DNA of 64,000 nt from Laetmonice hystrix. Lineage: Eukaryota. The stretch's first letter is position 1. Every line of letters begins with the position of its first letter. This document shows positions 55,401-64,000 of the stretch, piece by piece. Under the pieces are notes generated by a model. That model was not told the origin of the DNA and searched no databases. It worked only from the letters and a program-made list of their open reading frames with translations. The position numbers were made by a program, and so were the translations under genes. The stretch covers positions 25,174,001 through 25,238,000 of the forward strand of contig OZ249436.1 in assembly GCA_965235115.1 (NCBI GenBank), written 5' to 3'.

Positions 55401-58400
55401 GATTGCTGCCTGTCGTAAAAATATACCAGACCATTTTAAAAAGTCACAGAACCCCAATCCGGCCCTAATATGTCACTCCCAGTACCAATACACTCTGGAA
55501 GCACCATCAACTGAAATTCAGGCCTAGAACCCACCTCTCTCTACCAATATCATGCACCTAGTCCGTATACGAGGTTGTAATTTCCTTTAATCAACGGGTT
55601 GCGCCGCAGCAACCCACTCTGGTCTTTGCAATCTTTTTCAATATGCGTTAACATTTGTGACCAGCTCAACGCGCCTTGTAAAATTTTTCAAAGTGCGTAA
55701 AAGTGTGTGTCCACCCCGTCACGCTTTCCAAACCACTATACCCACCGAGCGACATCCACTCAAATACAGGCTTCGACCGATCCTCACTGTGCCAATAATC
55801 CGCCACAAGGCAAATTCAGTCAATGCAAGCTGGAAAATCGAATGTCAAACCTAATGCTCCCCCCCCAGCACGTTAACTGAAAATAATCAACTAGCTTGAA
55901 AACTAGAATATAGCTTTGTTTAGCTAACAATCTACTCTCCCAGCGCCATCAACTCGCATACAGGCGTAAAAGCAAACGCACTGCCCCATATAATGCTCCC
56001 AGCCTAAAACGATGTTGCAATTAATTTAAAATTAACAAGATGCACTAGTAATCCGATCCAAGCCTAATTACGTCATTGCTAGTTTCATAACCAAATCTCA
56101 CAGAAAATACCCCATCCGCGCACATAACCTGAAAATATTCAACTTTTATCTCCAATGTATCCCTGTGCACCTAGTAGCACCCAAGCGGGCCCAATTTTGA
56201 CATTCCAACACAAATACCGCAAATACCCGCCTAATGGCACAAAAAACTTTCTACCCCGTTGCAAGTCACATTAGCTTGCTGCTTGTCGTAAAAAATGGTG
56301 CAGACCATTTCTAAAGTCACAGTACCCCACTCCCGGCCTAATATTACGTTTCAGTATCCATATACGCTGCAAGCGGCAGGAACTCGAATACAGGCCTAAA
56401 AGTAACCCCAGTCTAGCAATATCATACTCTCATGCCATATACGAGCTTGTAATTATCTTTAATTAATGGCTCCGCAGCACCAACCCACTGCATTAACATT
56501 TGTTTAACAGCTTAACGCACCTTGTAAAAAATTTTCAAGTGCGTAAAAATGCGTGTCCACCTCCACATACTTTAAAAATCACTATACCCACCCAGCGACA
56601 TTCACTCTAATACACGCCTAAGAGGAACTTCACTGTCCCATTTGATCCTCCAGCACGTATAGGATGTTTCAAGTAACATTTATCCACGGTCTGGCCCAAT
56701 AACGTGCAACAAGGCATAGTAAGTCAATGCGACCTCGCATGTCAAACCTAACCCGCCCCCCAGCACATGAGGTGGAGATATTCAAATAGCTTGAAAACTA
56801 GAATATAGCTTTGCTTAATACCATTATACCATCAACTCGCATTACAGGCCTAATGCGAAGCTCCCAGCCTAAAACGAGTTTCCAATTAATTTAAAGTTAA
56901 CAAGATGCACTAATAATCGATTCCAAGCCTAATTAGGCCATTGCTAGTTGGATAACCAAATCTCATACAAAATACACCCTCCCGGCAGATGACCTGAGAA
57001 TATTCAACTCTTATGTCCGATATATCCCTGTCCGCTTTGTAGCACCCAGCCGGGCCCCCATTTTGACATTGCAACACCAATACAGCAAGTGCCCAGCTAA
57101 CAGCACAAATAACAGGATTCAGGGCTTCCTACCACGTTACAAGTCACAATAGATTGCTGCCTGTCGTAAAAATATACCAGACCATTTTAAAAAGTCACAG
57201 AACCCCAATCCGGCCCTAATATGTCACTCCCAGTACCAATACACTCTGGAAGCACCATCAACTGAAATTCAGGCCTAGAACCCACCTCTCTCTACCAATA
57301 TCATGCACCTAGTCCGTATACGAGGTTGTAATTTCCTTTAATCAACGGGTTGCGCCGCAGCAACCCACTCTGGTCTTTGCAATCTTTTTCAATATGCGTT
57401 AACATTTGTGACCAGCTCAACGCGCCTTGTAAAATTTTTCAAAGTGCGTAAAAGTGTGTGTCCACCCCGTCACGCTTTCCAAACCACTATACCCACCGAG
57501 CGACATCCACTCAAATACAGGCTTCGACCGATCCTCACTGTGCCAATAATCCGCCACAAGGCAAATTCAGTCAATGCAAGCTGGAAAATCGAATGTCAAA
57601 CCTAATGCTCCCCCCCCAGCACGTTAACTGAAAATAATCAACTAGCTTGAAAACTAGAATATAGCTTTGTTTAGCTAACAATCTACTCTCCCAGCGCCAT
57701 CAACTCGCATACAGGCGTAAAAGCAAACGCACTGCCCCATATAATGCTCCCAGCCTAAAACGATGTTGCAATTAATTTAAAATTAACAAGATGCACTAGT
57801 AATCCGATCCAAGCCTAATTACGTCATTGCTAGTTTCATAACCAAATCTCACAGAAAATACCCCACCCGCGCACATAACCTGAAAATATTCAACTTTTAT
57901 CTCCAATGTATCCCTGTGCACCTAGTAGCACCCAAGCGGGCCCAATTTTGACATTCCAACACAAATACCGCAAATACCCGCCTAATGGCACAAAAAACTT
58001 TCTACCCCGTTGCAAGTCACATTAGCTTGCTGCTTGTCGTAAAAAATGGTGCAGACCATTTCTAAAGTCACAGTACCCCACTCCCGGCCTAATATTACGT
58101 TTCAGTATCCATATACGCTGCAAGCGGCAGGAACTCGAATACAGGCCTAAAAGTAACCCCAGTCTAGCAATATCATACTTTCATGCCATATACGAGCTTG
58201 TAATTATCTTTAATTAATGGGCTCCGCAGCACCAACCCACTGCATTAACATTTGTTTAACAGCTTAACGCACCTTGTAAAAAATTTTCAAGTGCGTAAAA
58301 ATGCGTGTCCACCTCCACATACTTTAAAAATCACTATTTGATTCTCCAGCACGTATAGGATGTTTCAAGTAACATTTATCCACGGTCTGGCCCAACAACG

Positions 58401-59688
58401 TGCAACAAGGCATAGTAAGTCAATGCGAGCTCGCATGTCAAACCTAACCCGCCCCCCAGCACATGAGCTGAAAATATTCAAATAGCTTGAAAACTAGAAT
58501 ATAGCTTTGCTTAATACCATTATACCATCAACTCGCATTACAGGCCTAATGCGAAGCTCCCAGCCTAAAACGAGTTTCCAATTAATTTAAAGTTAACAAG
58601 ATGCACTAATAATCGATTCCAAGCCTAATTAGGCCATTGCTAGTTGGATAACCAAATCTCATACAAAATACACCCTCCCGGCAGATGACCTGAGAATATT
58701 CAACTCTTATGTCCGATATATCCCTGTCCGCTTAGTAGCACCCAGCCGGGCCCCCATTTTGACATTGCAACACCAATACAGCAAGTGCCCAGCTAACAGC
58801 ACAAATAACAGGATTCAGGGCTTCCTACCACGTTACAAGTCACAATAGATTGCTGCCTGTCGTAAAAATATACCAGACCATTTTAAAAAGTCACAGAACC
58901 CCAATCCGGCCCTAATATGTCACTCCCAGTACCAATAGACGCTGGAAGCACCATCAACTGAAATTCAGGCCTAGAACCCACCTCTCTCTACCAATATCAT
59001 GCACCTAGTCCGTATACGAGGTTGTAATTTACTTTAATCAACGGGCTGCGCCGCAGCAACCCACTCTGGTCTTTGCAATCTTTTTCAATATGCGTTAACA
59101 TTTGTGACCAGCTCAACGCGCCTTGTAAAATTTTTCAAAGTGCGTAAAAGTGTGTGTCCACCCCGTCACGCTTTCCAAACCACTATACCCACCGAGCGAC
59201 ATCCACTCAAATACAGGCTTCGACCGATCCTCACTGTGCCAATAATCCGCCACAAGGCAAATTCAGTCAATGCAAGCTGGAAAATCGAATGTCAAACCTA
59301 ATGCTCCCCCCCCCCCAGCACGTTAACTGAAAAAAATCAACTAGCTTGAAAACTAGAATATAGCTTTGTTTAGCTAACAATCTACTCTCCCAGCGCCATC
59401 AACTCGCATACAGGCGTAAAAGCAAACGCACTGCCCCATATAATGCTCCCAGCCTAAAACGATGTTGCAATTAATTTAAAATTAACAAGATGCACTAGTA
59501 ATCCGATCCAAGCCTAATTACGTCATTGCTAGTTTCATAACCAAATCTCACAGAAAATACCCCACCCGCGCACATAACCTGAAAATATTCAACTTTTATC
59601 TCCAATGTATCCCTGTGCACCTAGTAGCACCCAAGCGGGCCCAATTTTGACATTCCAACACAAATACCGCAAATACCCGCCTAATGGC

Positions 59689-60333
59689 ACAAAAAACTTT
59701 CTACCCCGTTGCAAGTCACATTAGCTTGCTGCTTGTCGTAAAAAATGGTGCAGACCATTTCTAAAGTCACAGTACCCCACTCCCGGCCTAATATTACGTT
59801 TCAGTATCCATATACGCTGCAAGCGGCAGGAACTCGAATACAGGCCTAAAAGTAACCCCAGTCTAGCAATATCATACTCTCATGCCATATACGAGCTTGT
59901 AATTATCTTTAATTAATGGGCTCCGCAGCACCAACCCACTGCATTAACATTTGTTTAACAGCTTAACGCACCTTGTAAAAAATTTTCAAGTGCGTAAAAA
60001 TGCGTGTCCATGACAAAAAACTTTCTACCCCGTTGCAAGTCACATTAGCTTGCTGCTTGTCGTAAAAAATGGTGCAGACCATTTCTAAAGTCACAGTACC
60101 CCACTCCCGGCCTAATATTACGTTTCAGTATCCATATACGCTGCAAGCGGCAGGAACTCGAATACAGGCCTAAAAGTAACCCCAGTCTAGCAATATCATA
60201 CTCTTATGCCATATACGAGCTTGTAATTATCTTTAATTAATGGCTCCGCAGCACCAACCCACTGCATTAACATTTGTTTAACAGCTTAACGCACCTTGTA
60301 AAAAATTTTCAAGTGCGTAAAAATGCGTGTCCA
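59689..60333 (+). repeat. Internal direct duplication (322 bp + TG + 321 bp) in long unit U35 (2,078 bp)
   Basis: ACAAAAAACTTTC...GCGTGTCCA at 59689-60010 is followed by TG (60011-60012) and a second copy at 60013-60333. Confidence 0.95.
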
Positions 60334-63300
60334 CCTCCACATACTTTAAAAATCACTATACCCACCCAGCGACATTCACTCTAATACACGCCTAAGAGGA
60401 ACTTCACTGTCCCATTTGATCCTCCAGCACGTATAGGATGTTTCAAGTAACATTTATCCACGGTCTGGCCCAATAACGTGCAACAAGGCATAGTAAGTCA
60501 ATGCGACCTCGCATGTCAAACCTAACCCGCCCCCCAGCACATGAGTTGGAGATATTCAAATAGCTTGAAAACTAGAATATAGCTTTGCTTAATACCATTA
60601 TACCATCAACTCGCATTACAGGCCTAATGCGAAGCTCCCAGCCTAAAACGAGTTTCCAATTAATTTAAAGTTAACAAGATGCGCTAATAATCGATTCCAA
60701 GCCTAATTAGGTCATTGCTAGTTGGATAACCAAATCTCATACAAAATACACCCTCCCGGCAGATGACCTGAGAATATTCAACTCTTATGTCCGATATATC
60801 CCTGTCCGCTTAGTAGCACCCAGCCGGGCCCCCATTTTGACATTGCAACACCAATACAGCAAGTGCCCAGCTAACAGCACAAATAACAGGATTCAGGGCT
60901 TCCTACCACGTTACAAGTCACAATAGATTGCTGCCTGTCGTAAAAATATACCAGACCATTTTAAAAAGTCACAGAACCCCAATCCGGCCCTAATATGTCA
61001 CTCCCAGTACCAATACACTCTGGAAGCACCATCAACTGAAATTCAGGCCTAGAACCCACCTCTCTCTACCAATATCATGCACCTAGTCCGTATACGAGGT
61101 TGTAATTTCCTTTAATCAACGGGTTGCGCCGCAGCAACCCACTCTGGTCTTTGCAATCTTTTTCAATATGCGTTAACATTTGTGACCAGCTCAACGCGCC
61201 TTGTAAAATTTTTCAAAGTGCGTAAAAGTGTGTGTCCACCCCGTCACGCTTTCCAAACCACTATACCCACCGAGCGACATCCACTCAAATACAGGCTTCG
61301 ACCGATCCTCACTGTGCCAATAATCCGCCACAAGGCAAATTCAGTCAATGCAAGCTGGAAAATCGAATGTCAAACCTAATGCTCCCCCCCCCCAGCACGT
61401 TAACTGAAAATAATCAACTAGCTTGAAAACTAGAATATAGCTTTGTTTAGCTAACAATCTACTCTCCCAGCGCCATCAACTCGCATACAGGCGTAAAAGC
61501 AAACGCACTGCCCCATATAATGCTCCCAGCCTAAAACGATGTTGCAATTAATTTAAAATTAACAAGATGCACTAGTAATCCGATCCAAGCCTAATTACGT
61601 CATTGCTAGTTTCATAACCAAATCTCACAGAAAATACCCCACCCGCGCACATAACCTGAAAATATTCAACTTTTATCTCCAATGTATCCCTGTGCACCTA
61701 GTAGCACCCAAGCGGGCCCAATTTTGACATTCCAACACAAATACCGCAAATACCCGCCTAATGGCACAAAAAACTTTCTACCCCGTTGCAAGTCACATTA
61801 GCTTGCTGCTTGTCGTAAAAAATGGTGCAGACCATTTCTAAAGTCACAGTACCCCACTCCCGGCCTAATATTACGTTTCAGTATCCATATACGCTGCAAG
61901 CGGCAGGAACTCGAATACAGGCCTAAAAGTAACCCCAGTCTAGCAATATCATACTTTCATGCCATATACGAGCTTGTAATTATCTTTAATTAATGGGCTC
62001 CGCAGCACCAACCCACTGCATTAACATTTGTTTAACAGCTTAACGCACCTTGTAAAAAATTTTCAAGTGCGTAAAAATGCGTGTCCACCTCCACATACTT
62101 TAAAAATCACTATTTGATTCTCCAGCACGTATAGGATGTTTCAAGTAACATTTATCCACGGTCTGGCCCAACAACGTGCAACAAGGCATAGTAAGTCAAT
62201 GCGAGCTCGCATGTCAAACCTAACCCGCCCCCCAGCACATGAGCTGAAAATATTCAAATAGCTTGAAAACTAGAATATAGCTTTGCTTAATACCATTATA
62301 CCATCAACTCGCATTACAGGCCTAATGCGAAGCTCCCAGCCTAAAACGAGTTTCCAATTAATTTAAAGTTAACAAGATGCACTAATAATCGATTCCAAGC
62401 CTAATTAGGCCATTGCTAGTTGGATAACCAAATCTCATACAAAATACACCCTCCCGGCAGATGACCTGAGAATATTCAACTCTTATGTCCGATATATCCC
62501 TGTCCGCTTAGTAGCACCCAGCCGGGCCCCCATTTTGACATTGCAACACCAATACAGCAAGTGCCCAGCTAACAGCACAAATAACAGGATTCAGGGCTTC
62601 CTACCACGTTACAAGTCACAATAGATTGCTGCCTGTCGTAAAAATATACCAGACCATTTTAAAAAGTCACAGAACCCCAATCCGGCCCTAATATGTCACT
62701 CCCAGTACCAATAGACGCTGGAAGCACCATCAACTGAAATTCAGGCCTAGAACCCACCTCTCTCTACCAATATCATGCACCTAGTCCGTATACGAGGTTG
62801 TAATTTACTTTAATCAACGGGCTGCGCCGCAGCAACCCACTCTGGTCTTTGCAATCTTTTTCAATATGCGTTAACATTTGTGACCAGCTCAACGCGCCTT
62901 GTAAAATTTTTCAAAGTGCGTAAAAGTGTGTGTCCACCCCGACACGCTTTCCAAACCACTATACCCACCGAGCGACATCCACTCAAATACAGGCTTCGAC
63001 CGATCCTCACTGTGCCAATAATCCGCCACAAGGCAAATTCAGTCAATGCAAGCTGGAAAATCGAATGTCAAACCTAATGCTCCCCCCCCCCAGCACGTTA
63101 ACTGAAAAAAATCAACTAGCTTGAAAACTAGAATATAGCTTTGTTTAGCTAACAATCTACTCTCCCAGCGCCATCAACTCGCATACAGGCGTAAAAGCAA
63201 ACGCACTGCCCCATATAATGCTCCCAGCCTAAAACGATGTTGCAATTAATTTAAAATTAACAAGATGCACTAGTAATCCGATCCAAGCCTAATTACGTCA

Positions 63301-64000
63301 TTGCTAGTTTCATTACCAAATCTCACAGAAAATACCCCACCCGCGCACATAACCTGAAAATATTCAACTTTTATCTCCAATGTATCCCTGTGCACCTAGT
63401 AGCACCCAAGCGGGCCCAATTTTGACATTCCAACACAAATACCGCAAATACCCGCCTAATGGCACAAAAAACTTTCTACCCCGTTGCAAGTCACATTAGC
63501 TTGCTGCTTGTAAAAAATGGTGCAGACCATTTCTAAAGTCACAGTACCCCACTCCCGGCCTAATATTACGTTTCAGTATCCATATACGCTGCAAGCGGCA
63601 AGAACTCGAATACAGGCCTAAAAGTAACCCCAGTCTAGCAATATCATACTCTCATGCCATATACGAGCTTGTAATTATCTTTAATTAATGGGCTCCGCAG
63701 CACCAACCCACTGCATTAACATTTGTTTAACAGCTTAACGCACCTTGTAAAAAATTTTCAAGTGCGTAAAAATGCGTGTCCACCTCCACATACTTTAAAA
63801 ATCACTATACCCACCCAGCGACATTCACTCTAATACACGCCTAAGAGGAACTTCACTGTCCCATTTGATTCTCCAGCACGTATAGGATGTTTCAAGTAAC
63901 ATTCATCCACGGTCTGGCCCAATAACGTGCAACAAGGCATAGTAAGTCAATGCGAGCTCGCATGTCAAACCTAACCCGCCCCCCAGCACATGAGCTGAAA

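Larger units (their letters stand above)
1..64000. repeat. Tandem satellite/macrosatellite array, ~1,752-bp unit, 36 full copies plus one partial; runs off both window ends
   Basis: The motif ATCCGCCACAAGGCAA recurs at 1, 1753, 3506, 5260, 7012, 8766, 10521, 12274, 14029, 15781, 17535, 19286, 21038, 22788, 24539, 26293, 28045, 29795, 31492, 33243, 34998, 36746, 38446, 40142, 41895, 43646, 45397, 47094, 48845, 50597, 52293, 54047, 55798, 57549, 59245, 61323 and 63021 (U1-U37). All copies are in the same orientation with no intervening unique sequence, and the ORF track repeats with the same period. Confidence 0.99.

Noticed and set aside
1..64000. Tandem transposon, LTR or Helitron array, or plasmid/viral concatemer
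   Set aside because: I saw no terminal inverted repeats, target-site duplications, PBS/PPT or coding capacity. Structured, lineage-like shared variants between units argue against a rolling-circle or sequencing concatemer. A remote TE origin cannot be excluded without a Dfam search.

Overview
The whole 64-kb window is one uninterrupted head-to-tail tandem array (satellite/macrosatellite DNA, most likely eukaryotic) of a ~1,752-bp unit: 36 complete copies plus a partial 37th, differing only by scattered SNPs and a few indels. I see no credible protein-coding gene, RNA gene, transposon or CRISPR array; the listed ORFs are the same short overlapping frames recurring in each unit. The interest lies in its nested architecture. 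(1) The unit is a diverged dimer of ~0.9-kb and ~0.85-kb halves. (2) Each half appears to be four highly diverged ~219-bp ancestral monomers, giving 8 x ~219 = 1,752. (3) New higher-order structure is forming above the unit: a 2-unit alternation, 3-unit block duplications, a 56-bp deletion variant confined to copies beyond ~30.5 kb, and a chimeric unit with a ~322-bp duplication joining two different unit lineages. I cannot assign the organism, the family or a function (e.g. centromeric) from sequence alone. All alignments were done by eye. Units are numbered U1-U37 from position 1, and this phase is arbitrary.
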